The translations under genes were made by a program, and so were the position numbers. The notes beneath the pieces are model-generated. The model was not told the origin of the DNA. It made no database searches and worked only from the letters and a program-made list of their open reading frames with translations. Source: an uncultured bacterium (GTDB lineage: Bacteria > Bacillota > Clostridia > Christensenellales > CAG-917). From it: DNA of 64,000 nt. Shown here one piece after another: positions 8,701 through 18,245 of the stretch; position 1 is the stretch's first letter; the number at the start of each line of letters is the position of its first letter. The DNA lies in assembly GCA_949432885.1 (NCBI GenBank), contig CASQXY010000004.1:42900-106899 (forward strand), read 5' to 3'.

Positions 8701-11700
8701 TATTACGGACGCGGCGACGGGCGAGGTCAAATTCGTCCAAAGGCAGGAGAACGTAAATAAATCCTATGCGGCAGGCGGCTCTAACCGCGGCGCTTTCGTG
8801 CCCCTCGAACTGAATCCCGCCGAATGGGGACTTTCCAACAACTCGACTTATAACGTTTCGCTCGTAGGAGAAATCGATTACGGTCACTACGAAGACGCGA
8901 ACGGCGAGAAGCACGGCGCTCTTGCGGGACAGAATAAGAAGAACGTTGACAAAGAAGGCTACCGTATAGACGAAAACGGAAACCGCGTTCTCGACAAGAA
9001 CGGCTATCCCATACTTGACATAAGAAACTCGTTCGACTTCCAGTTTACGGCGGACTATGAAGCCCCCGAAATGCTGTCGTATAAGATACGCTATGTTCCT
9101 TATACAGTAAATAAGGTAGTTAAGTACCGTATATATATGGACGTCGAGGTCAGAGACAACCAGTACGTTCAAGATATTTTGCCATGTTATATAGACGAGA
9201 CTCGTGAGGAAAATAAGCTCCGTCTGCTCACCGAATACGCTATACCCGTATACGGGCAGAAGGGCGAGACGAGCACGGTTTCGTTTGAGATAACCGATTT
9301 GTACGACGACTATATCAAAAACAGCACCGAAGAAAAGCAGCTGTATCTGCAAGTTGAGGATTACGCGCTTAATTCTACGACGTACAGGATAAGGCTGGGT
9401 TCGGAGGGTATATCTTCCACGGCAAAGAATTATCCGTATTCCGTTGATTTCGCCGAGGACGAATTGCTTGTGAAGGGCGATTCCGCCGTCGACGGCAAGG
9501 GCAACACCTATAATTGGTACGAGCTCACTTTGTCGCCTTATACGCTTTATACGCTTAATCCGACCGTTAAAGTGCTGAACGACGCAGGCGAACCCGTTGT
9601 TTCGACTTCCACCGACGCACTCTTCAAGACTCTTACCTGGACGGGCGGCGGCAAAAGAGTGATTGCGGACAACTATCAGCTGTTCAGCAATTCGCCTGCC
9701 GTTTCGGCAAGAACGACAATGACTCTCGGCGACGAAACCGGAAAGGTTTACGCCAGAATAAGGGTGTCTATAAAAGGAGAGACGGTCAATTCTCTGCCTA
9801 AGCCAGAAAGCATCAAGTTCAATCCCGTGATAAACGGCGACGGTTACGTCGTATCTCTCGACGCGATTGCGCCGGAGCTCGAGCTCAACCCCGGTCAGAC
9901 GCTGAAACTCGGTTGGAGCGTTTCTCCTTGGTACTGCACGCCTCCTCAGGTGATTTGGTCTTCTTCCAATCCTCAGGTCGTCGACGTGGACTCCGAGGGC
10001 AATGTTACGACGCTGGCCAGAGGTAGCTCTTATATTACGGTTCAGTCCAAGGACGACCCCAACGTCGTCAAGAGCGTGCGCGTCAAGGTGGGCGCATCTT
10101 ACAGGGTGTCCAATTTCACATTGATGGATTTCTACGGCCACGGGGAAGCGATTATTCCGAATAATCTGAACATTATGTACCTCAACGAAGATTGCTTCAA
10201 GGGCAGAACGGATATCGAAAAAGTCGTTCTTCCCACGACGCTTACGGAAATTCCCGAGAATGCGTTCCAAGGCTGTACTTCGCTCAAAGAGGTCATTATC
10301 CCCGGAAAGTGTACGGTTATCAGAGAAAACGCGTTTAACGGATGTAAGGGACTGACAACCGTCAGACTCGGTCAGTTTGTCGATTCAGAGCAGAACTCCG
10401 TCGGAGACGAGTATTATGGAACGCTGACGGTCGGACGCCACGCGTTCAGAAACTGTGAGAATCTGGATACCATAACAATGTACGGCGGCACATACGGAGA
10501 GTCCGACTATTACGAAATAAATTCTCAGCGCCGCATTACGACCCTTTACGACGAAGCGTTTTTGGGCTGCGTGAAGCTCAAAAGCATAGATTTGTACGAA
10601 GTGCGCGTGTCGGGCTCGGGCGTTTTCAGAAACTGTACGGGTCTGAAAACCGTTACGCTCAGCGAGCATACGGTCATCGGCGAATATATGTTCGAGGGCT
10701 GTACTTCGCTAAACAACGTTAATTACAGCGCCGCCGCGGTTGCTCCATACGCGTTTAAGGACTGTACGGGACTTACGTCTCTCAGTCTTGCCGACAGTGT
10801 ACAGAGTATAGGCGCGGGCGCGTTCTATAATACGAGAATGAGCGCCGTCGCTTTGCCTAACGGCGAGATTACCGTCGGCGCGGACGCGTTTGCGCATTGC
10901 GCGAACCTTGCGACAGTGTCGCTTTCCGCCAAGACGCATATAAATATGGGTACGCGTTCGCCCTTCGCCGGATGCACTCAGTTGAAAGAGTATACTTTGG
11001 CGGGAGCAAGCGATTTCTACACCGTTACGGACGGAATCCTGTACGAGGACGGCGGCGCGACGCTCGCGTCCGTTCCCGTTGGACACGCTTCGTTTGAACT
11101 GCCCGTTCAAGTGACGAGGATTGGAGACGCGGCGTACTCCGGCGTTACGGGAATCGCTGACGTCAATCTGAGCCGCAACAATTTCCAAATCGGGAAATAC
11201 GCGTTTGCAAACAGCTCCGTCGAGAGTGTGAAGCTTCCCGACGGCATGACGGCTATACCCGAAGGTCTGTTCTACGGCTGCGCAAGGCTTACTTCCGTGA
11301 CCGCAAACGACGGTTTTGCGGAGTTGAAGAGGATAGAAAACGGCGCATTTCTTAATTGCGCGTCGCTTACTTCGATATCTATGCCCGAAGTGCTTACGAT
11401 AGGCGAAGAGGCGTTTATGGGCAGCGGTCTTACGGCTTTACCGTCTGCGAAGATTACCGAAATCGGTATGAACGCATTCAATGGAACGGCGCTTACAAAC
11501 GTATCCCTGCCAAACCTTTCCAAGCTCGGCGCCGCGGCGTTTGCGAATATCGCCTCTCTTGTCAGAGTCGAGCTCGGAGCTGTGACCTCCATGGGCAGCG
11601 AGGCGTTTATCAATTCGCAGAAAATAACGTACGTGAGCTTTGCACAAGGCACAACAGAGATTGGCGAAAAGGCTTTCTACTCCGAAAATCACGTCAACAA

Positions 11701-13675
11701 CGCTATCGAGGTCGTATTGCCCGATTCGGTTGCCGTTATTGGTTCGAAGGCTTTCTATAATCAAGGCGGTTTGACCTCCGTAAATCTTTCGGGCGTAAAA
11801 TACGTGCACGCGTACGCGTTCTATAAAACAAGTCTTACGGGCGCCGACCTTTCAAATATCGAGCAGATTGGCGCGAGCGCGTTCGAGGAAACCAAGCTCG
11901 TCACAGCAAACCTCGATAAAGCCGAAATTATAGGCGACTCCGCGTTCTACGGAGTGAAGACGCTCACTTCCGTGAACTTCGGCGCGGCAAGAATTATAGG
12001 CTACGAGGCGTTTGCGGATACGGCGTTGAACACGGTGGAAATTCCCGCGACGATGAGCCGCCGCACTTATGATTTCAGTTGGTACGAATACGACGAGAAG
12101 AACAGACCCGAACTCGACCAGTTCAAGACAAGACAGGAGATTGCTTACGGTGCGGGCGCGTTTGCGGGTATACCCACGCTTACCTCGATTACGGTTGCGC
12201 AGGGCAACCCCGTGTTTGTATCCATTGACGGGGTATTGTATTCCCGCGTAGAGAAAGGTCTCGTGCTCGAACAGTATCCGACCGCAAAACCCGATAAGAG
12301 CTATACGGTGGAAAAGAATACGGTTGAGATACGTGAAGAAGCGTTCCAGAGCGTCTCTTCGCTCGAATCCGTTGAGTTCCCGTATACGGTGAACACGATA
12401 GGCGCGTATGCGTTCTTCCAAAGCAGCGTCAAGAACTATAAGTTCAACGGTGTCGAGGCTCCCGTGCTTCTGTCGAATTACTTCGATTTGTCCGTATTTG
12501 CGTCGGACCCCGACACTAAGAGATTCCTTGGCGGAAGCACCAACTTCTATGCGAATTTCTACGACTTTGCGATATTTGCGGACAAGGACGCATGGGCTTC
12601 ACCGAGCGATTACAAGCTTACGCTCACCATTCCGCTCAACGCGACGGGATACGACGGCGTATGGACGGCATTCTTCTCTACCATTAAGCGTACGAGTTCA
12701 ATCGAAGCGGACAGGACTACTCACGCGGCTCTCGAAGCTATTGCGTCTCTTATGAGCTATCTTACCGATAAAGACATTGCAAATATGCCGATTGAACAGG
12801 TAAAGAAGGACAGCGAGCTGGGATTGATTGCGGCAAACGCGCGTAACGCATATAACCAAATTTCCTCACCTGAACAGATTGCGCTTGCGGCGGACAGCTA
12901 TGCAAAGCTTATGAGTGTGGAAAAAGCGCTCAGAGACAGAAAAGCTGCATTGGGTATTCCCGCCAGAATAACGGAGTTGAGAACGATATCGCTTCCGACA
13001 AAGACAAGATACAACATCGGCGAAAAATTCGACCCCACGGGAATGTCTCTCAAAGTCGTTTACGACGACGGTTCGGAAGTCCCGCTGGAAGGCGACAACT
13101 ATACGCTGTCGCAGGATACGATGACGTACAACGCCGAGACGTACGGCAGCTTGGTGATTAGGATAACCTTCAAGGACGACGCCAATATTTATACCGAAAT
13201 AAGCGTTATGGTCAATGCTCCCGAGGATAATGAGAATCCTTCCGATAACGGAGACCCCTCGGCAAACAATACGGGACTCAGCAAATCGGCAGTCATAGCG
13301 ATTTCAGTTGTGATACCCTTGGTGGTACTGTTGGCGGCAGGAGCTGCAATCGCAATCGTTTTGATAAAGAAGAAGTCCGCAAACGGCGACGGTGATAACG
13401 GCGGCGGAAACGGCGGAAACGGCGAGAACGTTTTAGGAAACGACGGCGTCGAAAATATCGAGAGCGGCGAAGTTGAAGCGTCCTCGACGGAAGCTGTCGT
13501 TACGTCGGAGAATGCAGCGGAAACAGCCGAAATGAAGGATTCGGACGGAATGTCGGACTCTGCTTCCGAGGCAAACGCCGAAGACGCTGAGAGCTCGGAG
13601 GAGGAGTTGATAGACGCGAAAGCCGAAAACAACCCCGCCGATGAGGCGACAGCGGAGCTCGGAGAAGAACTCTGA
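5768..13675 (+). CDS. Giant membrane-anchored surface protein: subtilisin-like S8 protease with PA insert, Ig-like domains and about 0.8 kaa of BspA-type leucine-rich repeats
   Basis: RBS ggagg at 5756-5760, followed by an N-terminal signal/TM segment. The subtilase triad is present: VAVLDTGLD (Asp codon 6425-6427), HGTHVAG (His codon 6635-6637) and SGTSMAAP (Ser codon 7724-7726). A PA-like insert (ALVKRGDTTFAEKVQAAMDAGADACIIYN) lies between His and Ser. A Big_2-like segment spans about 9880-10090. Repeats of the form IxxxAFxxCxxLxxV span about 10100-12450, and an Ig-like segment about 12960-13210. A C-terminal TM helix (about 13290-13370) is followed by KKK and a roughly 100-aa acidic tail. 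Confidence 0.9.
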   Translation: MSKTEKRLSIVSIVLIAVMVFTTVFNVAIGGISLAADGSVGSGGNGSSAANNFEKVNMDLSALREQYVKQSLMQKNIASYDGERWVIVELIGDTLYDKFSSSTRYNEYSEFGKSVEGRKAKANIQAEQQKFLSKLDSHGIDYKFKYSYTGLANAVAIKINSDAFNAVKKMNGVSDVYYTENYAVPTVEAVTNNANVYTTGIYDSSDIDYKGEGMVVAVLDTGLDYTHEAFAAMPKNPSLGWDKAYIEEKISSPNFNAVGTADDFYYNEKIPFAYDYADDDTDVYPSYSSHGTHVAGIVAGSSDYVVNKETGEKFIGVAPEAQLVIGKVFTDNLDSEGLGGANSMDILAAVEDCALLGVDVINMSLGTAAGFTDERSSTWITEVYAQVEAAGISLVVAASNDYSSGFGGGNGTNLASNPDSGTVGSPSTYGFALSVASINGQKSDYLIANDDPNQVAFITESSNEFGVAFEFVDLLYEIAAQTRNVASVARTENLKFKYVVIGDVGRPGNYTSTIKRRLADKTGYDGTIALVKRGDTTFAEKVQAAMDAGADACIIYNSVAGTIRMSLGDVENPIPTCSITMDAGKVLVDNADRRTSCGSVTVNASEQIAGPFMSDFSSWGPTPDLHLKPEITAHGGEITSAVAGGYDVYSGTSMAAPNMAGAIALLRQHLKAEGLQGKDLSARINQVLMSTATIANNDSGNPYSPRKQGAGLAGIKDAIDSEGYITVNDAKGNVSDKTKIELFDDPMKKGVYELRFTMHNTTDSMQTYEPKVYVMTETMSSDMKTVAEKAYILNNDCTIEYRVGGQVHSGTLTVPQNSTVEVEIKITLGAGAREYLDKNFINGMFVEGFVSMVATGNTKITLGLPYLAFYGDWTDAPLFDYDTYELAESEKDSEIKTENKLKASAAETRIIGMYYNDEYILPLGQYIYEQDEEEVQIYPEREKIAISMFDDTTYGHTIYEIYAVYAGLLRGAAYMNVVITDAATGEVKFVQRQENVNKSYAAGGSNRGAFVPLELNPAEWGLSNNSTYNVSLVGEIDYGHYEDANGEKHGALAGQNKKNVDKEGYRIDENGNRVLDKNGYPILDIRNSFDFQFTADYEAPEMLSYKIRYVPYTVNKVVKYRIYMDVEVRDNQYVQDILPCYIDETREENKLRLLTEYAIPVYGQKGETSTVSFEITDLYDDYIKNSTEEKQLYLQVEDYALNSTTYRIRLGSEGISSTAKNYPYSVDFAEDELLVKGDSAVDGKGNTYNWYELTLSPYTLYTLNPTVKVLNDAGEPVVSTSTDALFKTLTWTGGGKRVIADNYQLFSNSPAVSARTTMTLGDETGKVYARIRVSIKGETVNSLPKPESIKFNPVINGDGYVVSLDAIAPELELNPGQTLKLGWSVSPWYCTPPQVIWSSSNPQVVDVDSEGNVTTLARGSSYITVQSKDDPNVVKSVRVKVGASYRVSNFTLMDFYGHGEAIIPNNLNIMYLNEDCFKGRTDIEKVVLPTTLTEIPENAFQGCTSLKEVIIPGKCTVIRENAFNGCKGLTTVRLGQFVDSEQNSVGDEYYGTLTVGRHAFRNCENLDTITMYGGTYGESDYYEINSQRRITTLYDEAFLGCVKLKSIDLYEVRVSGSGVFRNCTGLKTVTLSEHTVIGEYMFEGCTSLNNVNYSAAAVAPYAFKDCTGLTSLSLADSVQSIGAGAFYNTRMSAVALPNGEITVGADAFAHCANLATVSLSAKTHINMGTRSPFAGCTQLKEYTLAGASDFYTVTDGILYEDGGATLASVPVGHASFELPVQVTRIGDAAYSGVTGIADVNLSRNNFQIGKYAFANSSVESVKLPDGMTAIPEGLFYGCARLTSVTANDGFAELKRIENGAFLNCASLTSISMPEVLTIGEEAFMGSGLTALPSAKITEIGMNAFNGTALTNVSLPNLSKLGAAAFANIASLVRVELGAVTSMGSEAFINSQKITYVSFAQGTTEIGEKAFYSENHVNNAIEVVLPDSVAVIGSKAFYNQGGLTSVNLSGVKYVHAYAFYKTSLTGADLSNIEQIGASAFEETKLVTANLDKAEIIGDSAFYGVKTLTSVNFGAARIIGYEAFADTALNTVEIPATMSRRTYDFSWYEYDEKNRPELDQFKTRQEIAYGAGAFAGIPTLTSITVAQGNPVFVSIDGVLYSRVEKGLVLEQYPTAKPDKSYTVEKNTVEIREEAFQSVSSLESVEFPYTVNTIGAYAFFQSSVKNYKFNGVEAPVLLSNYFDLSVFASDPDTKRFLGGSTNFYANFYDFAIFADKDAWASPSDYKLTLTIPLNATGYDGVWTAFFSTIKRTSSIEADRTTHAALEAIASLMSYLTDKDIANMPIEQVKKDSELGLIAANARNAYNQISSPEQIALAADSYAKLMSVEKALRDRKAALGIPARITELRTISLPTKTRYNIGEKFDPTGMSLKVVYDDGSEVPLEGDNYTLSQDTMTYNAETYGSLVIRITFKDDANIYTEISVMVNAPEDNENPSDNGDPSANNTGLSKSAVIAISVVIPLVVLLAAGAAIAIVLIKKKSANGDGDNGGGNGGNGENVLGNDGVENIESGEVEASSTEAVVTSENAAETAEMKDSDGMSDSASEANAEDAESSEEELIDAKAENNPADEATAELGEEL

Positions 13676-13685
13676 TATATTAAAC

Positions 13686-13707
13686 GCCGTGCGCTTCGGC
13701 GCACGGC
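13686..13707 (+). terminator. GC-rich hairpin with UUCG loop after the S8 gene (terminator or RNA stabiliser; no U-tract)
   Basis: gccgtgcgc (13686-13694), ttcg loop, gcgcacggc (13699-13707). No T-run follows, so termination efficiency is uncertain. Confidence 0.4.
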
Positions 13708-13842
13708 TGAGGAAAATAATAAGCGATAACTTATGACGATAAGTTTGTAATTTTAAGAAAGTTATTGTACGATAAATTCGACGTAGCTATGAAGCAGTCC
13801 ATATTAGGGCGCTTCGACGGCGTAAAAGTCGTATCGAAGGTG

Positions 13843-15069
13843 ATGAAAGTGAAAAAATTATCTGTGAAACTGCTATTATGCTTGCTTACGGCGCTCGTGC
13901 TTGCGGGAGCGCTTACGGCTTGCAATAAAAACCCCGAAGAGAAAAAGTTTGACTTCCTTGTAACATTCGACTACAACGAGGGGAATACCGTGGCGGACGC
14001 GGACAAAAAGCCGAATCAGACATTGGGCGTGCTCAACAACGGACTTGTCAGCATTCGACCGGGATATAATAATAGTTTTGAAGAGGGTGAATTCGATACA
14101 TATTACGTGGAAGGGTGGTACCTTCCCAAACTCAGCGCAGGCGGAGATGTTATAGTAAACGAAGAGACGGGAGTGGTCGAACTCGACAGAGAGTGGAATT
14201 TCAAGACCGACAGAGTGACGGAGCCTGTTACGCTGTACGCAAAGCTCGGTCTAAACGCCAAGCTTATTTATGTAGATATCAAGACGGGAGAGGAAGTCGG
14301 CTTTATGCGTTATGCTCCCGGTTACAGCCGCACCAAGCCTACCGCATCGAAGGCAAGACCCAATAAGCCGGGCTATACTTTCCTTGAAAAATATTACGTA
14401 GACGCGGAGCGTAAGGAAGAGTTCGTATGGCCTTACGTGTTTACGACGGAGGATAAGCGTATTTACGTCGATATGGTCGAAGGTATTTGGAGAGTAGTTT
14501 CCACGGCCGGTGACTTTGTATCGAGCATAAACGCCAATCAGAGCATCTTTCTCTTAAACGATATTGACTTCGCGGACTATAAAGGCAATTTGTGGGGTAC
14601 CTACGACGTCGGGTTGGAGTTGTATACCAGCGGCGGAAAATTTGATGGAACCATAAACGGCAACAATCACAAGATATTGAATATAAAGAGGAAATTGCAG
14701 GCAAGTCAATCGAACAGCGGCGACAATATGGGCGGTTTGTTCGGTACGCTTGGTGCGACCGCAAATATATACGACATTTCTTTCGTAAACGTGAGCGTGG
14801 AGTATTCCGTTCACTCGTCGTTGAATATGCCCGGACTTTATATAGGCTTGTTTGCTTGGAAGGCGGAGAGCGGAGCGAAGATTTCCAACGTGACCGTAAC
14901 GGGCTCGCTTACTTACTCGAAATTGAAAGGACGCGTTATCGGAAGTACATGGATTGCGAAGAATGACGCGAAATCCGAGGATATAATAAACGTCGATTTC
15001 CGGGGAGTGACGGAAACGATTCTTCCCGATCCCTCAGATTCGACGCCCGACGAAGATACGGAAGAATAA
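13843..15069 (+). CDS. Lipoprotein with Listeria-Bacteroides repeats and a GLUG-like beta-helix segment (408 aa)
   Basis: I placed the start at ATG 13843 (RBS gaagg at 13836-13840). The signal MKVKKLSVKLLLCLLTALVLAGALTAC ends in a lipobox. FDYNEGN...GWYLP is Listeria-Bacteroides-repeat-like. FDGTINGNNHKILNI...GGLFGTLG is the GLUG-type pattern shared with the downstream lipoproteins. Confidence 0.8.
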   Translation: MKVKKLSVKLLLCLLTALVLAGALTACNKNPEEKKFDFLVTFDYNEGNTVADADKKPNQTLGVLNNGLVSIRPGYNNSFEEGEFDTYYVEGWYLPKLSAGGDVIVNEETGVVELDREWNFKTDRVTEPVTLYAKLGLNAKLIYVDIKTGEEVGFMRYAPGYSRTKPTASKARPNKPGYTFLEKYYVDAERKEEFVWPYVFTTEDKRIYVDMVEGIWRVVSTAGDFVSSINANQSIFLLNDIDFADYKGNLWGTYDVGLELYTSGGKFDGTINGNNHKILNIKRKLQASQSNSGDNMGGLFGTLGATANIYDISFVNVSVEYSVHSSLNMPGLYIGLFAWKAESGAKISNVTVTGSLTYSKLKGRVIGSTWIAKNDAKSEDIINVDFRGVTETILPDPSDSTPDEDTEE

Positions 15070-15154
15070 CAAACGGAATTTTAGTCTCGGCGGAGTTCGC
15101 TTTGCCGATTCGTAGAATAAATCAAACTCTCTTTGGGGAGTGAAGGAGTGAACA

Positions 15155-17941
15155 ATGAAGAATACAAAACGATTTTCTGTGTTAGTGATAGCAGTTTTGA
15201 TTGTCTGCGTGATTGCAACAGCGTTGACCGCGTGCAATCCCACAGATGGAAATCACTATGACCCTGAAACACGTCCGTTTTCTATGAGTATTTCTCAGCC
15301 GGACGGCGTTTTCAACCCGTTTTTCTCAACTTCCGCGTATGACAGCAGCGTTATAAGTCTTACGCAAATCGGAATGCTTAACACCGATAAGGAGGGAAAA
15401 ATCGTATACGGTGAAAACGAGCCTACGGTTGTAAAGGACTACACTAAAATCGAAAACAAAAACGATAACGGCGACGTCGTGACGACTACGTACGAGTTCC
15501 TTATCAAGAAAGGAATCAAGTGGTCCAACGGTTCCGACCTCACTATCAAGGACGTCCTGTTCAATCTGTATGTTTATCTCGACCCCGCATACACGGGTTC
15601 TGCGACAATCTATTCCACGGATATCGTAGGTTTGAAGAATTACAGATTGCAGACACAAGACGAGATTTCCGACGGCAGTGTTTCCAACTTTGAATCCAAG
15701 TTTATCGCCGCGGCCAATATGCGTATCAACGATATGATCGATTACGTACAGATTTACGGCAAGGGCGTGGCTTCGGGAGATAAGCCGACACTTCGTCCCG
15801 GCGCGAGTCCCGCGAAAATCGCTCAGGATTTCGCAATTACGGCGAGATTGTTCAAAGAAGAGCTCACGTCGGATTGGAACGCAATCAACAAGGACGACTA
15901 TACGGATTGGGGATTCACCGAAAGCTGGCAGATATTCCTCCTCAACGACGGCGGATACATGGGGCTTCTCGCCAAGGATAGCGAGGGCAACTATGTGCGC
16001 GACGAGGATGATAATTATCAGCTCGACCCCATAGCGGCAAACGATATTTGGGTAGGTCAGGTTGTTTCGGAAGGTCTTGTGCCCCTCGGTCTTGCGACAA
16101 TAGACGACAATGACAACGTTACGCTTTCGCAGGATTCCAAAGCGGTTAACGACGCTATCAAAAATTATTGCATCGAGACGGTTTTCAGCCAGTTCTTCCC
16201 GAGATTCCTCGAAAGAGATATAAACGACGGCAGTCTGTATCAGGACCCCGCGGCAGCCGATATCATAAACAGAAAGGACGACGCGTTCAAATTGACGGAC
16301 GCCGAGGTCACGAAGGTAAGCTCTTCGATAATAACTCAGACAAATGCGGGTCAGTTTGAGACAGTCGCACGCTATTGGCAGACCGCTACGACCATACTCG
16401 AAAAGTATACTGCCGACGCGAAGAGCGAGGAATTTGAAAAGTACGGCAATTCAAGACCTGTGCCGAACATAACAGGCATAACTACAAGATCAAACGTTAC
16501 GAACTTCAACGAAAAAAATCTCGGAAGCGAGTACGACGTGCTCAGCATAACGATAAACGGAGTAGACCCCAAAGCAATTTACAACTTCGCCTTCAACGTT
16601 GCGCCGATGTATTATTATTCCACGACGTCTTGGACAAACTCCAAGGGCGTGACGAAGAATTATATCAGCGAATTTGACGGAGTGTACAACTTCGGTCTCG
16701 AATTCGGTAGCAGCTCGTTTATGAACGAGGTCGTCAACGCGGCTTGGAAAATCGGCGTGCCCGTAGGCGCAGGTCCTTATATGGCTTCTTCCGAAACGGG
16801 CAAGACGGATGGCGTGAGCGGCAGCGAGTTCATGAACAACAACATGATTTACTACATTCGCAATCCCTATTTCTACACCGTTGGCGAGGGTCTGTCGAAC
16901 GCTAAAATCAATACAGTAAGATATAAGGTTGTCGAATCCGACCAAATTATCAACGCTCTTGCAAACGGGGACATCGATTTCGGCGACCCCAGCGCGACCA
17001 AGGAGAACATCGACGCGGTTGAAGGCGCGGGACTCACTCACGTGGAAATCGATACGAGCGGTTACGGTTATGTGGGTATCAACCCCAGATTCGTACCCAG
17101 CGTGAACGTGCGCCGCATAATCATGAGCGCGATGAACAACGCGCAGATTGTTGACAACTATTATAAGGGCGACCTAGCGTCTACTATAGTTCGTCCTATG
17201 TCCAAGACAAGCTGGGCTTATCCCAAAACCGCCACCACATACGTGTCCAACCAAATCGGAAGCCTCAACTTCAACTATGCGTACTCTACGGCGTTAAACG
17301 ATACGGTCAAGAACATTCTTACCGCGGAAGGCTACTCCCAAGTAGGCGGAGTGTGGGAGAAGACGATTCCGGGCTTCGGCGTGGACAGACTGGACTATAA
17401 GTTTACAATAGCCGGCGGCTCTACGGACCACCCTGCATACAGCATGTTCCTTAATGCGGCTCAAATCCTCAACAGCTACGGATTTGCAGTCAAAGTAGTA
17501 ACTTCTCAGACGGCTCTTACCGATTTGAGTTCGGGTAAACTGGAAGTTTGGGCGGCTGCGTGGTCAAGCACTATCGACCCCGATATGTATCAGGTTTATC
17601 ATATGGAATCACAGGCGAGCTCGGTCAAGAACTGGGGTTATTCGCAGATTCTCGGTCAAACCTGTCCCGACGCTTGGGGCGACGAATACATCATCGTCGA
17701 ACAGCTCAGCAAATTGATAGACGAAGGCAGGTCGACCAACAGCGAAGACGACCGTAAAGCGATTTACGCGGACGCGCTTGACCTCGTTATGGAAATGGCG
17801 GTTGAGTTCCCGACCTATCAGCGTAAGGATATGTCCGCGTATCAGACCGATCTGCTCAATCCTAGCACTGTACCTTCAAAGGACGAATGTTCTCCGTACA
17901 GCGGATTGCTCGCCCGTATTTGGGAAATCAATTATCTATAA
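15155..17941 (+). CDS. ABC transporter substrate-binding lipoprotein, peptide/nickel (family 5, OppA/DppA-like), 928 aa
   Basis: RBS gaaggag. The signal ends in the lipobox LTAC. GIKWSNGSDLTIKDVLFNLYVYLDP and GPYM...YIRNPYFY are family-5 SBP hallmarks. The protein is much longer than model OppA proteins. Confidence 0.85.
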   Translation: MKNTKRFSVLVIAVLIVCVIATALTACNPTDGNHYDPETRPFSMSISQPDGVFNPFFSTSAYDSSVISLTQIGMLNTDKEGKIVYGENEPTVVKDYTKIENKNDNGDVVTTTYEFLIKKGIKWSNGSDLTIKDVLFNLYVYLDPAYTGSATIYSTDIVGLKNYRLQTQDEISDGSVSNFESKFIAAANMRINDMIDYVQIYGKGVASGDKPTLRPGASPAKIAQDFAITARLFKEELTSDWNAINKDDYTDWGFTESWQIFLLNDGGYMGLLAKDSEGNYVRDEDDNYQLDPIAANDIWVGQVVSEGLVPLGLATIDDNDNVTLSQDSKAVNDAIKNYCIETVFSQFFPRFLERDINDGSLYQDPAAADIINRKDDAFKLTDAEVTKVSSSIITQTNAGQFETVARYWQTATTILEKYTADAKSEEFEKYGNSRPVPNITGITTRSNVTNFNEKNLGSEYDVLSITINGVDPKAIYNFAFNVAPMYYYSTTSWTNSKGVTKNYISEFDGVYNFGLEFGSSSFMNEVVNAAWKIGVPVGAGPYMASSETGKTDGVSGSEFMNNNMIYYIRNPYFYTVGEGLSNAKINTVRYKVVESDQIINALANGDIDFGDPSATKENIDAVEGAGLTHVEIDTSGYGYVGINPRFVPSVNVRRIIMSAMNNAQIVDNYYKGDLASTIVRPMSKTSWAYPKTATTYVSNQIGSLNFNYAYSTALNDTVKNILTAEGYSQVGGVWEKTIPGFGVDRLDYKFTIAGGSTDHPAYSMFLNAAQILNSYGFAVKVVTSQTALTDLSSGKLEVWAAAWSSTIDPDMYQVYHMESQASSVKNWGYSQILGQTCPDAWGDEYIIVEQLSKLIDEGRSTNSEDDRKAIYADALDLVMEMAVEFPTYQRKDMSAYQTDLLNPSTVPSKDECSPYSGLLARIWEINYL

Positions 17942-18004
17942 GAATCGCGTTTATAAAGTAAACGTAACAAAACAGATATAAAGGTAACAAAACAAACTTT
18001 ATGT

Positions 18005-18038
18005 TTCTGTCCGCCGCGCCGACGCGCGGCGGACAGAA
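18005..18038 (+). terminator. 14-bp GC-rich hairpin after the SBP gene (attenuator or processing-type hairpin; no U-tract)
   Basis: ttctgtccgccgcg (18005-18018) pairs with cgcggcggacagaa (18025-18038). A hairpin in this position fits differential expression of an SBP gene relative to the permease and ATPase genes. Confidence 0.4.
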
Positions 18039-18245
18039 TGAAAATCGGCTGACGGATATCCCGTTATATCCGTATTACAACCGAAAAAAATGAGAGGGAA
18101 ATTGTGCGTCCAATGCGTCAGCCGCTTGGTCGGCACAACCTTTTCGGCTATATAAGGCAAAAGTCACGCATGTTCCGCAAAGATATGCGTTGGATGCAAA
18201 AGCGCGGCTGCAATACGTCGCCGTCGCAAAAAGGCAGGACAAAAT

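Noticed and set aside
7094-10270. A 1058-aa ORF on the minus strand, the second-longest ORF in this part of the window
   Set aside because: It lies entirely antisense to the S8 protease gene, whose catalytic and repeat motifs are unambiguous. Its translation is Arg-rich and low in complexity, with no motif and no RBS. Long antisense ORFs are expected where the sense strand has strong codon bias.
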